This document shows, one piece after another, positions 13,590 to 26,477 of a stretch of 64,000 nt of DNA. Source of the stretch: Octopus vulgaris (Eukaryota); NCBI GenBank assembly GCA_951406725.2, contig OX597826.1, positions 26,164,001-26,228,000 of the forward strand, given 5' to 3'. Each line of letters starts with the position of its first letter. Within the stretch, counting starts at the first letter, position 1. The notes under the pieces are model-generated. The model saw nothing but the letters and a program-made list of their open reading frames with translations, searched no databases and was not told the origin of the DNA. A program made the position numbers and the translations under genes.

Positions 13590-15330
13590 ATAATAATAAA
13601 ACTCAAGAAGTGTAGAATAATGTACTTTGAAAGAGGCAACCTACAGTCCCCAGCAGGGTTAGAATTACCTAATAGAGAACTGATTAAAGAAACTGAAATG
13701 GAAGGCTACAAATATCTTGGCATTCTAGACTTCAATGTGATAATGGAGAAAGAAAGGAAAGAGCAACTAATGATGGAATATTTCCGAAGACTAAGATTGG
13801 CGTTGCGCTCAGAATTGATTGGATGGAATAAAATCCAAGCATTAATACATGGGCGATGATAGCATCACTTCGGTATGGAGCTGGAATCATAAGATGATTC
13901 CTGATGAACATGGATACGAAGATAAGAAAAATGTTGGCAGTGCACGGAGCCTTCCATCCTAAGAGTGACACTAATAGGCTGTAGCTGTCCAGAAGAAACG
14001 GTGGGAAAGGTTTAATAAGTTGCGAGGATAATGTTGAAGCAGAGGAAAGCAGCTTAGGGTGGTATGTAAAATATATTGTGGAACGAGTGTTGAAACATGT
14101 GAAGAAGGCCGGCGTCTTTGATAATTGTATAGAGAACGAAAGATTTAAAGAAAATAAAGGCATAAAAAAAGTAACAGTATGGAAGGAGAAAATGTACGGT
14201 CAGTTTGCAAGAGATACGAACGCCAAGACAGATACAGAAGATCTGCGTCAATGGATGAGGATATCTATGGATGATAGATATAGAATCATTTATGTACGCA
14301 GCACAAGAACAAGCGTTACGGACTGTCTATGTGAAGTGCAGAATCAACAACACTACCGACAACAGCAAATTCAGAATGTGTGGTGAGAGGGGTGAAATGA
14401 TATCGCACATCATTAGCGAATGCCCGAAATTGGTACAAGGCTAATATAAAAGACGACATAACAATGTGGCAATTGGAAGCTCTGTAGAAATCGCGGCCTA
14501 CAAACAACAAAGAAAAACTTCAGTAGAATTCAATGAGAATGAAGACTGCAAAACCATGTGGGATGCAATGGTTCAGTGCGATCACTGGGCCGGACATCGG
14601 AAAGAGGACATTGTTGTGGTGAATAAAAAAGAAAGGACATTCATGTCCTGGTAACAACACAATCAAAGTTAAAGAAGAAAAACAACTGTTACGGTTTGAA
14701 GTGAAAAATATGACGGTTGTGGTCAATGAGGGGAGGCGACGAGATACTAAGAGTAAAAATCACACTTGGATGCATCAGCACTAAAAAACCAAACATGACT
14801 CAAAAAGATTGGTATAAATGTGGGGACGCTGGCAACGGGTAGTGTCAGAGCTATGCCGTCGGGAACTTCGGTTCCTGGTAGGGCCACCCTAGGCGGATTG
14901 GTCTGACACCGAGTGGTATTAGGGCTACAACCCGGCAGATGGGGCTCTGGTGAAAATCCTCGGAGTGTCTGTTTCGGCAACCGGCGGTTCCTCGGTCGTT
15001 CTGCCACTGCGTCTGCGGACAATCTGCGGCAAACAGGATGTTTCTACATGCGGGATTGTTGGGGACAGCTTGTGAAATCCACATATTCCCACGAAACTTC
15101 TTCCATGAACTCTCAATTCTGGCTCGCTATCTCCAGTGAACTGGCGCAGGACCGTCGTGCGTGGGCTGCCATGTTTCGAGATGCCTCGAGGGTGGTAGAA
15201 GAAGCCGACTCAACCCGCCAAGGGTGAATGTTGCCACAAGTACAAGTAAGTAAGTGGAGAATACCTACAAAAATTTGCATTGCTTGGAATTGCAAGAATT
15301 CTTCGCAGGGTTTTTGAAGCATGACCAGCA
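13590..15330 (+). pseudogene. Decayed R4/Dong-like non-LTR retrotransposon 3' half (RT thumb, CCHC, restriction-like endonuclease)
   Basis: Motifs GYKYLGIL, NKIQAINTWA, HGAFHPKSDTNRL.LSRRNGGKGL, MYGQF, AAQEQAL, RMCGE..SHIISEC..RHNNVA, WD...DIVVVNKKE and LQKFALLGIARIL, with many stops and frameshifts. A separate insertion occupies about 14830-15250. Confidence 0.75.
14830..15250 (+). mobile_element. Non-autonomous RTE-like LINE 3' fragment nested in the R4-like element
   Basis: Encodes ELAQDRRAW, a typical RTE C-terminus, and ends in a short CAAGTA/AAGT repeat tail. It is GC-richer than its flanks. Confidence 0.55.
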
Positions 15331-15800
15331 AGTAAGTGTCACCTTAGTCTTCTGGCTGTGTACAGCTGACACATTTCATCATACCAAGCAAAATAAACTG
15401 AGAGATTTCATCATATACTAATAAGAAGTGCTGTACGGTAGAAGCACTAAAATATGAAATTGCACGAATGCGGGCCGTGAACAGAGTAACTGACATCCCA
15501 GTTGTTGGAGAGGCATTGGGAGTATTATCAATTTGAGCAATTTGTTGGAGAAAGTGAATTGACGAGATGAGGGTAGGACATGTTCAGAAAACTGCACTAT
15601 TGGGTACAGCGTTGATTTTGAGATTTTTACTTGAATGATAAATATCGTGAAAAGAAACACTGACAAGAGGTTGTCGTCTGCTCTTAAAAGCTTAGCCGCA
15701 CCAGCTGAAATGAATGTCTCTGAGGAGTGAAATGATATTAATAATATTAATCTCGATTAAGAAAAAAAATATAATGAGAATGATTATTTTTCTTTTTCAG

Positions 15801-15884
15801 TATGTTTTCGAATGAAAATTTTAAACAAAGCGTTGCAGTTCTCATTAAGAGTAGGTGGTCATGTGATTCTGAGGACAACTTTCC
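15801..15884 (+). CDS. Gene 1 exon 3 (84 nt)
   Basis: Polypyrimidine acceptor TTTTTCAG|, donor |GTGAGT, phase 1-1. Encodes (L)CFRMKILNKALQFSLRVGGHVILRTTF and has the same length as 33558-33641. Confidence 0.85.
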
Positions 15885-15918
15885 GTGAGTATATTGTATT
15901 ATTAACACATGTGATATA

Positions 15919-16016
<98 letters not shown>

Positions 16017-17211
16017 GGTGGCACGTTGTATCATTGAGCACGACACTTTATTTCAATGTTGTTCCAGTCCTCTCAGTTGGCAAAAATGAGTTGTACCTGT
16101 GTTTCAAAGGGCCAGCCTAATCACATTCTGTGTCACACTGAATCTCCCTGGGAACTACGTCAAGGCTATGCGTGTTTGTAGAGTCCTCAGACATATGCAC
16201 GCTAATTTCACGAGCAGAACGATCTGTTTATCGGACAATCTGGAACCCCTGCCGTCGTAACCGACGGAGTGCCACTAGATTTTTCTGAAAACAACTTGCA
16301 GACGCAAGTGCTACTAGTTTAATTCTCCTTATACTGGATGCTAGCAAGTTCATGGCATTATCAGGAAAGAAATCGCGCCGTTTCGAGGCATTCTTCTCGA
16401 CGGCATCATTGCGCACCGCCTCCACCACCACCACCACCACCACCACTCCTCACTGAAGCGAAGCCCCACTTGCTAGATCAACGGATTATTAGGTTTTGCT
16501 CAATATTCCTCCAGCCATTGCTCATCGTCTCTTTTTAACCAAATCTATGTATATGTATATGTATGTTGGTGTGTATATAAATAAATAAAAGCGCCAACTC
16601 TTCTAATTTAGAGCAGCTTATGAATCGCATAAACAATAGCAAAATTTCAATAACCCACCTACTAGATCTAACGAGCATTTGTATCTAAACACCACCCAAG
16701 AGGATGTAAACCGCAATGATAAACATATTACTATTGTTTATGCAATGCTTAAGCTGGTCTAAATTAGCAGAGTTGGCGTAGGATACCTTTACGGTATGTC
16801 GATTAAAAATAGTATGATGCCAAGGAAGGAGATGTAAACTGCAATGATAAGCACCAATTACGACCAATTTGTAGTACTAGAACTACTTATGATACAGCTA
16901 ACACGGTAACAACGCCGGTAAATGGAGTCGGGACTGCCTTATATACAAATAAATACGATAGATGCTCATGCAGAGAAAAATAAAAATGTCCGTTGATGAA
17001 TCTCTGTATGAGTACGACTACGACCGATCTGTATTGTAGAAATACTTATGATACAGCGAACACGGTAAAAACATCAGTAAATGGATTCGGGACTGCCATC
17101 TGCGATTTTAGTTTTGATTTTCTATATAAATGAAGATATTTCCTCCATCTGGGTGCTTTTCTTTCTACAAAAGGTTACAGTGCGGAACAGTCATTTTAGT
17201 GAGTTATATTT

Positions 17212-17317
17212 ATCACGCGACAAGATACATCTGCACCAACGGATGCTCCTGAAACAGTTGTCGAGTGTCCTACCCATGAGGAATCGATGCTAGACGTGTC
17301 GAAACAATTGCTGTGAT
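17212..17317 (+). ncRNA. Decayed hammerhead scaffold, probably inactive
   Basis: Stem I ATCAC/GTGAT, stem II GATACATCT/AGACGTGTC and GAAA-CAATTG are present. The core reads GCGACAA and the triplet is GCT. Confidence 0.4.
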
Positions 17318-17683
17318 TAATAATAATTTCTCGTATATTCCATATTCTGTTTCATTTGCCATATACCTAACGATCACTGCGAAAGTGACCGTGCTTTACC
17401 AGTAAACTACTTGGTATATATATATATATATATATATATTTTGAGTGTGTGTGTTTGTGTGTGTGTTAAAGGAAAATGAAAGCAAACCCAAGGCAGGAGA
17501 ATTTTATCAGATCATTTTGAATATTATAATTACAATAAAGGTGAATGAAAGTTAGAAAAAGTAATGAAAAGCAGAAGTAAATAGAAGTAATGCCTTGGTT
17601 TTGTTTTCTTTTTCCTTTAGTACACACACACACATATATTACATATAATAATTTAGCTGTTATTACTCTTTTCCTATTTTCAG

Positions 17684-18036
17684 GAGGAACATTTACTAAA
17701 ACTTTCGGTTTCAATTTGGGATTTGCTACAATTTCATTTACATTGGCGGTGGAAACTTTAACCCCCCAGGAATTTAAAGCGTGCTTCCGTATAGACTACA
17801 GGGTTTTAATTTTTCATCTCACAACTAATCTCGGTTGTATCCACAAATATTTTCATTCCAATGAAATTAGCTCTCTGGACAGTATAGAAGATTGGAATAT
17901 AAATGATAAAGTTTCTTTTGGGACACAAGTGTTTGGAGCTGACAAGCCTAAGAGACTGGAATACGTTGGCGAAATGAACGAAAATGAAAATTCTCTTATT
18001 TGGCCCAAAGACGCCGAGAAGCAGCGAGCGAATTGA
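17684..18036 (+). CDS. Gene 1 exon 4 (terminal). Spliced CDS is 753 nt, 250 aa; secreted 6-Cys protein, DUF4773-like
   Basis: Acceptor TTTTCAG|. Encodes (R)GTFTKTFGF...FKACFRIDY...NLGCIHK...KQRAN-TGA. The four exons join in one frame without stops. AATAAA at 18073 and 18179. The domain name is from recalled Cys pattern, not a search. Confidence 0.85.
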
Positions 18037-18329
18037 AATATAGTAGTTTCGTTCCTTTGTAAACGGTTCTATAATAAATTAATAATAAAATACTAATATA
18101 GATACATATAAAGCAAAAAAAAACCGGTATAAATTTAGGGAATAATGCATGAGACTTTTTGGAAACCATTTTGTCTTTAATAAATATTTCATTATTGCAT
18201 GTTTTCTTGTGTTGTATATTTGATTTTTATTTCATTCTACAATTTATTTTCTGTTCCATGCAGTGAAGGGGAATATCCCAACAAATATAATGCGAGATTC
18301 TCACATCGTTTCTTTACTGATGAAATTCG

Positions 18330-18383
<54 letters not shown>

Positions 18384-19382
18384 ACAATGGCATTGTATTA
18401 CACAGGTGTGAGTGTGAGATGAGAAACTTGCTTCCCAATCACATGCTTCCGGTTTCAGTCCCGCTGCGTGGCACTGTGGGCAAGTTTCTTCTATTATAGC
18501 CTCGTGCCTACCAAAGCGTTCTGAGAGGATTTGATAGACGGAAACTGAAAGAAAACCCGAGGTATATATACGTGTATGTGTGTTTGAGTCTGTGTCTGTC
18601 TCTCATCACCGCTGGGTACCGATGTTGGTGTGTTTTTGTCTCCGTAACCTAGTGGTTCAACAAAAGACACTGGTAGAATAAGTACCAGGCTTTAAAAACA
18701 AGTCCCAGGGTTTATTTATTCCACAAATATTGTTCAAGGCGACGCTCAGGCATGGCTGTAGTCCAATGAGTAAAACAAGTAAAAGATAAAAAATACTTGG
18801 TCGGAACGGACTTAAATATATTGTGAGTAAAACAGAATATCAAAGTAAGAGGAGTATTATAGAGGTGTTCATTTATAATAATGTAATGCTTGCGCATTAT
18901 TTTTGCTCAGCGCATATGTTTTCAATTTAATCTTTAGTGCAAACAACTGCCAACGAGTGCATGTCGTAAGTTATCATAGAAATAATTACCATAAAGAAAA
19001 ACTGTGGTAATTGTCTACGAAGTGACTGAGGGAATAAAATACACTGAAAATATTTCTTTTCTTTCCTTTTTTTGCTTACTTTGATGCGAAATGTATAAGG
19101 GGTAAGGGGTGAAAAACAGGAATGAAACATTTCTGGTTTTGTATAAAAGAAAATACAGGAAGATCAGTTAGTTATGATTTTATTCAATATATTCCCTTCT
19201 CAGATTTACACACTTACTGCAGCAGACCTTCAGTTTTTTTTTTAAAGACCTCGGGAAACTGGGCCTGCAGCTTGGCTTCTCGCAACACCCTCAAAGATAG
19301 GAACTTGTGTGTATATATATACTATATATATGTATGTATGTATGTATAAATATGCATGTGTGTATGTGTGTGTTTGTATATA

Positions 19383-19751
19383 CAGGGTGATTCAAAAGTC
19401 GCCATACATAGGAACAATTTATCTTTTTATGAGAAACTGTTTATAAGAACAGTTTCTTAATATCTAACAGATTCTATGGTTACCATTGTTTTGAATACAC
19501 ATTGCAATGCGTTTACCCCACTCATTGTGAACTCGTAATTGCACATCTGGTGATACTTGTGCAAAGGAGGCGGTGATGCATTCTTTCAAATGATTTATAT
19601 CTTTTATCTTTCCGCCATTCACCATGCTTTTCAAATGTCCCCAAAGATAGGAATCAAGAGGGATCAGATCAGGGAATCTAGGGGATCTTATAAACCTTTT
19701 CTAATAAAAAAGTAAATTTTTCCTATGTATGGAGACTTTTGAATCACTCTG
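19383..19751 (-). mobile_element. Tc1/mariner-superfamily internally deleted element (MITE-like)
   Basis: TIRs CAGGGTGATTCAAAAGTCGCCATACATAGG / CCTATGTATGGAGACTTTTGAATCACTCTG with TA on both sides. The interior encodes PRFPDLIPLDSYLWGHLKSMV on the minus strand. Confidence 0.85.
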
Positions 19752-20656
19752 TATATATACACACATATATATAACTACTTGGATTTTGAGTATATGCCTA
19801 TTGATATGCTGATTAAAGCACATTCACCGTTTGGGCTACGTGACGTCATCCACAGTTACGAAATAGTAATTGCTTGGTGCAAAAACAACATATCTCACTG
19901 AATGTATTGAGCTCACTTTGCAATGATGTTATCGCTCGATGTACGTGGGTAAACTGATATAGGGTAGAATAATTTTGGGGTTATAACCCTCGAACGGGAC
20001 TGGCTGTAGTTAACAGTGAATATGAAACTTAAATTAAGATAATAAATGATAGAGAATAAAATCTGTCAAAGAAAGTTAAAATTAAGAAGGATGGATATAC
20101 TCTCTTTGACATGAACACATATATTTATTTCTTTACTAACCACAGAGGCGACAAACAAGGACAGGTAAAAGGTTGAAGTCGATTACATCGACCCCAGTGC
20201 GTAACTGGTACTTAATTCATCTACCCCGAAAGGATGAACAGCAAAGTCGACCTCGGCGGAATTTGAACTCAGAACGTAACGGCAGACGAAATACGGCTAC
20301 GCATTTCGCCCGGCCTTCTAACGTCAATATATGAACACATATATTAACGTACACACGCACATACACACACACACACGAGCATCCATCCACACATACGCAC
20401 ACGCACGCACACACAGACACTCACACACGCACGCACGCACGCACGAGTGATGCCATGCGAATGTAATTTTTCTGTGGATAAATGCTATCCATATGATAGT
20501 ATAAGTGATAGACATTTCGCTGTAATGTCACGCTTCGCTGGGTAGCAGATACCGCAGTCGGTCACATTAGATCATTCATTAGGACGTTGTTTCGGCGGAC
20601 ACGCTCACACGAACACAAGTACGTGTTTATATACATAGACGCACACTCATATATAC

Positions 20657-20858
20657 TCTTTTTTTTTACTGGTTTCAGTCATTTGACTGCGGCCATGCTG
20701 GAGTACCGCTTTTAGTCGACCGTATAAACCCCAGGACATATTCTTTGTAAACCTAGTACTTATTCTATCGGTTTCTTTTGCCAAACCGCTAAGTTACGGG
20801 TAAGTAAATATACCAAGAACGGTTGTCAAGCGATGGTGGTAGTAGAACAGACGCACAA

Positions 20859-20903
<45 letters not shown>

Positions 20904-21200
20904 GTTGTTTGTTCCTTCTCAACCAATGTCTGGCTCATAGGGCTGGTTTTCCGGTTTCCTTGGCGTATAGGTTCCCCACCTGGACGGGACGCCGGTCTGT
21001 CGCAGGTGAGCTGCAAGATGCAGGAGGAAAGACTGAGAGAAAATTGTGGTGAAAGAGTCAGCAGAAGTTCGCCATTACCTTCTACAGGAGCCGCATGGAG
21101 CTTAGGTGTTTCGCTCATAAACACACACATCGCCCGGTCTGAGATTCGAACCCGCGTTCCCTCGACCGGGAGTCCGCTGCTCCAACCACTAGGCCATGTG

Positions 21201-21232
<32 letters not shown>

Positions 21233-21345
21233 AATATATACACGACTGGCTTCTTTCATTTTCTGCCTACCAAATCTACTCAAAGCTTTGGTCAGCCGGA
21301 GTGGCTATAGTAGAAGACACTTACCGAAAATGCCACATAGTGGGA
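20657..21345 (-). mobile_element. SINE A with a second tRNA-headed SINE (20910-21205) nested in its internal microsatellite
   Basis: The family A 3' part (20657-20870) and 5' part (21240-21345) flank a complete minus-strand SINE that ends in (AAC)n. Confidence 0.7.
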
Positions 21346-21359
21346 CTTGCTAAACAGGT

Positions 21360-24150
21360 CGGCATTAGAAACTCTGTCTTTTAGCGATTAACCACAGATT
21401 GTCCGCAGACAATCTTTGTGAAAGATGTCTAGTTGTTTAATGTGCCGTCTTATAAGGTGTCCACGATTCTAAGACATGCAGGAGAGAAATAAGAAAGGCA
21501 ACTTCATAGACCTGAACTTTGGTGTCAAGTCTGATGCCCCTTTCATTCCATAGGTGATGACGGAGTTTTGCCAAATGCGTTGGTTGCCTTTGCAACATAA
21601 TTGACGATTCCATCATCAAGGGAAGCCTCGAATTCATTTTACTACCAAGATAGGTAAATGACTTCACATAATTTAGTTTTTTCCCATCAACATGTATAGG
21701 AGTATTTGGGAAACTGTGAACAAGTAGCCTCTGCTTGACACCTCGAATTTGATTAGGAGTAGAGCAAACTTGGAGGATTACTTACTTCCGTCTTCTTTAT
21801 GCTGATGGTCAAACCAAAGGCTTTACATGTAGCAGAAAACTGGTCTAGAAGTTCCCGATCTTACTCTAAGGGTGTCGCTATTAGTGCAACATCATCTGCA
21901 ATAAGTAGATAATGAATGATGCTGGTGCGTAGCACTGTTTTGGCTTTGAAACAATGGTGAATGAAAAGAGAATGCATAGGTCAGGTTCAACGTACTCTGA
22001 GACAGATGAACGGCCCTTGGTGGTCAAACAGGGCTACTGAATCCCAAGAAGCTGCAGACAGAAACGATTCTAGAGCCTTTTTTGGTGGCCTCAAGAAAGT
22101 GTATGGTCCTCAAGAGCACGGTATTAATCCAATTTTGTCATCCAATAGTGAGACACCGTTGACTGACAAATATGATATCCTGAAACGATGGAAAGTTCAC
22201 CATTTGCTCGAAACTGGAATTTGACATCACTTTGTATGTCATCAAATGCATACCTCAGCATCACTGAAAAGAAGAGTACAAACAAAACAGTGGCCATAAC
22301 ACAACATTACTTTGTGCCGTTTGTAACATCAAAGGAAGGAGATGATTTCTCATCGGACACGACAGCAGCCTTCATTCCCTCATGAAAGGAGATGATAGTG
22401 CTTGCCAGTTAACAGTGTCGATGGCCTAATTAAGATCGACGAATACCATGAATAACCCATGATTTTTCTCACGTACCTTTTCCATGACTTGACGAAGAGA
22501 AAATTTCATATCGTTAGTGCCACAACCAGACAGAAATCTGCACTGTGTTATACTGGATAGATACCATTTACAACGTATCTCATGATCCTGTCAAGAATGA
22601 GTCGAGCAAGAATCTTACCAACAATAGACAGAAGCGATATCCCATGATGATTATCAAAGACACTTCTGTTTCCTTTATTCTTATAAATATGTTTTTGGAT
22701 TGAGGCATCCTTGAAGTCCTGTGGTACACGGTCTACTTATATATACTTATGAAGTGATCATGCAATTTATGTCCAGCCTGCGTGTAGATGTCATCATTAG
22801 TTACTGAGGTGGAGTTCAACACGGATTCAAAGTGATCTTTCCATCGTTTCAGGATATCATATTTGTCAGTCAACAGTGTCTCCCTATTGGATGACAAAAT
22901 TGGATTAACACCGTGCTCTTGATGACCATACACTTTCTTGAGGCCACCCCCCAAAAAAGGCTCTAGAATCGTTTCTGTCTGCAGCTTCTTGGAGTTCAGT
23001 AGCCCTGTTTGACCACCAAGGCTCGTTCATCTGTCTCAGAGTACGTTGGACCTGACCTATGCAGTCTCTTTTCTGGATGAGGTCTCATCATTTATCCATG
23101 TTTTACGAGAGCTGTGCATTTTATCTATCACCTTCTGGACGTCTGTGTTGCCATCGCTTGGTGTTTACGAACAGGAATTCCAAGAACCTCTACAGATGCA
23201 GAGTGCGTTGCATCATACAAACCCCTCCAAGATGATTATATGTCATCGTTGATATCAACAGTGTCCATCTTGATAGAGGATTCTTTCTGCTTTTCAGTAG
23301 TTTTCAAAGGCAGAACATCAATGCACTTAGACACTGATAACTTTTGCAGTCTTGTGTGTTTCAGATGGGGCGTAGTCTTACTACAGAGAATAGAATGGTC
23401 AGAGAAATAGCAAATGTTATGAAAGGAAAGTTTAATGTTAACGTCCCTAATGCCTTGCTTCTTAGTGATAACATAGTCTCTGATATGCCAATCTTTAGAT
23501 CTAGGATGCATCCAGGTCGTCGTGCAACTATTTCGCTTTTGAAAAAAGACATTTGTGATGATTAAACCGAATTCCCTGCAGATAGAGAGCACACGCAGAC
23601 CGCTGGAGTTCATTCGACCTACACCATGGTGAACAAGTACACCAGCCCTTGTCTGATACTCAGTACCAACATGATCGATAAATCGCCCATAATGATATGT
23701 TTATCCTTATAGATATGGCGATGACATTGCTGAGTTGGTTGTAAAATTCATCCTTTTCCTACTCAGTGGTGACCATGGTTGGATCACAGCAACTGACAAG
23801 TGTAGCATGGGAGTCATAAACAATTACCAGCTTTAGTATCATGATGCGATCAGAAATATCTTTGGGTAGAAAAAGAAGAGCTCTTGCTATTTCTGTCTTG
23901 ATAGCGAAACCAGCACCAGCGTGGTGCGCCTCGTCCTCATTTCTTCCACACCAGTAAAATATCCACCTCTACTTTATTCTTACTGTGATGATCATGCAAG
24001 ACGAATTTCACCGAGAGCAGCTATATCAATGTTGTATTTTTTTAGTTCAAGGGCAACCAGTGCTGTTTTACGTTTTGGTGCAGTGTGCTTGTGTTGGAGA
24101 GTACACACATTCCAATAACCAAGGTTAATATTTTTAGATTTCTTCATGCT
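21360..24150 (-). pseudogene. Decayed RTE (BovB-like) LINE with APE and RT remnants and an internal inverted duplication
   Basis: Minus-strand motifs WNVCTL..KRKTALVALELKKYNIDIAALGE.RL, TTWMHPRSKDWH.RDYVIT, QEAADRND, WKDHFESVLN, QDFKDA.I...YKNKG, ADDVALIA, FGLTISIKKTEV and FTYLGS. Segment 21960-22195 is a + oriented copy of 22840-23070. Confidence 0.85.
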
Positions 24151-24315
24151 ACGATTGTATTACTGAATAACCAGACAGCTGCAGCGAGCTGACAAGTTTA
24201 AGATAAGTAATCCTTGGGGCTCCTTTTCCCGCTCCTCCCCGTTTTCACACAAACACACACACAGATTCATCCATGCATACATACAAAAATATATGAATTT
24301 GTATATATATATATA

Positions 24316-25049
24316 TATAAATTAGTAATGCAATACTAGAGTATTGCTTTCCAGTAAAGAATAGCCCGTGAGGGAAAAATATACAAAGAAGTAAATATAT
24401 GGCACAACGAAGTACCGATATTTACTGGAAATAGCGAACGTAATAATACGACGCTAATGTATAGCTTCACCGCGTATGTACTAGCAAAAATGCGTGAGTG
24501 CAACAAACTTGAAAAAAATTGTCTTACATCCAGGGAGAACATCTGAAAGATGAAATACCTAGAAAAGGATAATGTGGGACCGGCGCCGGTTTCAGATTTT
24601 TCAAGATATGCCTGCCCACATATACTTGATCTATCTTCATCAGCCAAACATATACCACGACAACATTTCAGATGTTACCACATTAATGCCAATACACTTG
24701 ACTGAAGCTATACATTAGCGTCGTATTATTACGTTCGCTATTTCCAGTAAATATCGGTACTTCGTTGTGCCATATATTTACTTCTTAGTATATTTTTCCC
24801 TCACGGGCTATTCTTTACTGGAAAGCAATACTCTAGTATTGCATTACTAATTTATTGAAACTTCTTCACCGTTCTCGTTCTGTTAGCGTCTCGTTCTGGT
24901 AAGACAATTTTTTTCAAGTTTGTTGCACTCACGTATTTTTGCTAGTACATACGCGGTGAAGCTATACATTAGCGTCGTATTATTACGTTCGCTATTTCCA
25001 GTAAATATCGGTACTTCATTGTGCCATATATTTACTTCTTTGTATATTT
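24316..25049 (-). mobile_element. Non-coding PLE-like element with HHR and inverted 5' segments
   Basis: The body is 24316-24703 on the minus strand. 24704-24855 and 24900-25049 are reverse complements of parts of the body. (TA)n at the left end. Confidence 0.75.
24572..24651 (-). ncRNA. Type I hammerhead ribozyme motif with canonical core
   Basis: Minus strand reads TGG CTGATGA AGAT..TCAAGTATATG..CATATCTTGA..ATCT GAAA CCGGCGCCGG TC CCA. Stem III is the perfect palindrome ACCGGCGCCGGT. Confidence 0.8.
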
Positions 25050-25769
25050 GGCTATTTCTTACTGATGAGTCTAAGGGCCTATGGTGGATTGGCTTGATTT
25101 AATTTAATCAGGTTAGTTTACCATTAAACGGTAGATGAAACGGTGCATCGTCTAAGAAATTACAGGGTAAATGTTTTTCAATTTTCTCCTGGTTTACGGA
25201 ATTAATGTTATTTTGCGGTTAAAGCTTTTGGATGTTATTTCTAGTGGGTGAATGGCCTATTATGGCCGTTCCTTGATTGTGATGTTGAACGTAAAAATGG
25301 TTTATGACTATTTAATTTTTTCCCACTAGGCCGCTGGTGGCAAAAGAATTCTACAAAATTTTTTTTGCCACCCTATATTGATTAATTATGAATTTTCTGG
25401 TTAGTTCCGTAATGGAATCGGTGGCTTATATTTATTTGCTGCCGATAAATTTGGCGCGAGTGCGACGATTTGAAAATTTTAGGTCAGATATTGCCGAGGT
25501 AGCAAGAGGAATGCCTCGTGGAAAATATCTGTTCCGACTTGGCTATTTCTTACTGATGAGTCTAAGGGCCTATGGTGGATTGGCTTGATTTAATTTAATC
25601 AGGTTAGTTTACCATTAAACGGTAGATGAAACGGTGCATCGTCTAAGAAATTACAGGGTAAATGTTTTTCAATTTTCTCCTGGTTTACGGAATTAATGTT
25701 ATTTTGCGGTTAAAGCTTTTGGCTGTTATTTCTAGTGGGTGAATGGCCTATTATGGCCGTTCCTTGATT

Positions 25770-25773
<4 letters not shown>
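25049..25773 (+). repeat. 491-bp tandem repeat (about 1.5 copies) bounded by two HHR motifs
   Basis: 25049-25282 is repeated at 25540-25773 with one visible difference. Ends in long (TA)n. Confidence 0.9.
25054..25160 (+). ncRNA. Type I hammerhead ribozyme motif (second copy at 25545-25651)
   Basis: 8-bp stem I ATTTCTTA/TAAGAAAT, core CTGATGA, stem II GTCTA/TAGAT plus a 19-bp hairpin, GAAA, stem III ACGGT-GC-ATCGT, triplet GTC (cuts after 25152 and 25643). Confidence 0.85.
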
Positions 25774-25848
<75 letters not shown>

Positions 25849-26374
25849 ACCTACATACATACATATATCTGTATGTAAATGTGTGTACGAGTTAATATAT
25901 TTCAATTGCAATAATTGAAAAAAAAAAATTCTTAATTTTCCTAAACTTCCTACGGTAATAAAGCTGATGTTTCAAAGAACAATGATTGCATTGTTGCAAA
26001 AACACAACAAAAAACTGCCCCTATAAAAAAAATAAACAACTAAAAATCAAACAAAATTGAAAGGAAGTATCAAATTTCAAAGAGACACCAAAAATAGTAA
26101 TTTTCCGAGAAAAAGATCTTTAAATTTTGAAGTGTTTTGATATCATCTTTAATGCTAAATTATTTACACTAACCTTCAAGTAAGTATTTATCCTGTTCCT
26201 CTTATTCCGTATTTGCAGTCAACATGGGTTTTTTTAAAATTACAAACCAAACACGAATCACGTGATGCACTTCAAATACAAAACGGATCAATCTCAAGTT
26301 GCACATTTGTCTGTCATCTGTCAAACGTCTTTCTCACTAGCGAGCAATTCTGTTTCGAAATTTGAGAAGACGAA

Positions 26375-26477
26375 ATGAACACCACGATGTATGGGGTAAA
26401 CATTATCTTCTATTCAGCTATAATGGTATGTCTGGGAACTGGTGCTATCATGAATTTGGAACCAAAGATGACCGAAG
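26375..26477 (+). CDS. Gene 2 exon 1: signal peptide
   Basis: Encodes MNTTMYGVNIIFYSAIMVCLGTGAIMNLEPKMTE plus 1 nt, donor AG|GTAAGT. The 5' UTR (TCTCACTAGCGAGC..TTTGAGAAGACGAAATG) matches gene 1. Confidence 0.85.

Noticed and set aside
17590-17683. Hydrophobic N-terminus of the 148-aa ORF as a signal peptide
   Set aside because: It is intronic sequence including the polypyrimidine tract. Homology with gene 2 starts exactly at the AG acceptor (17683).
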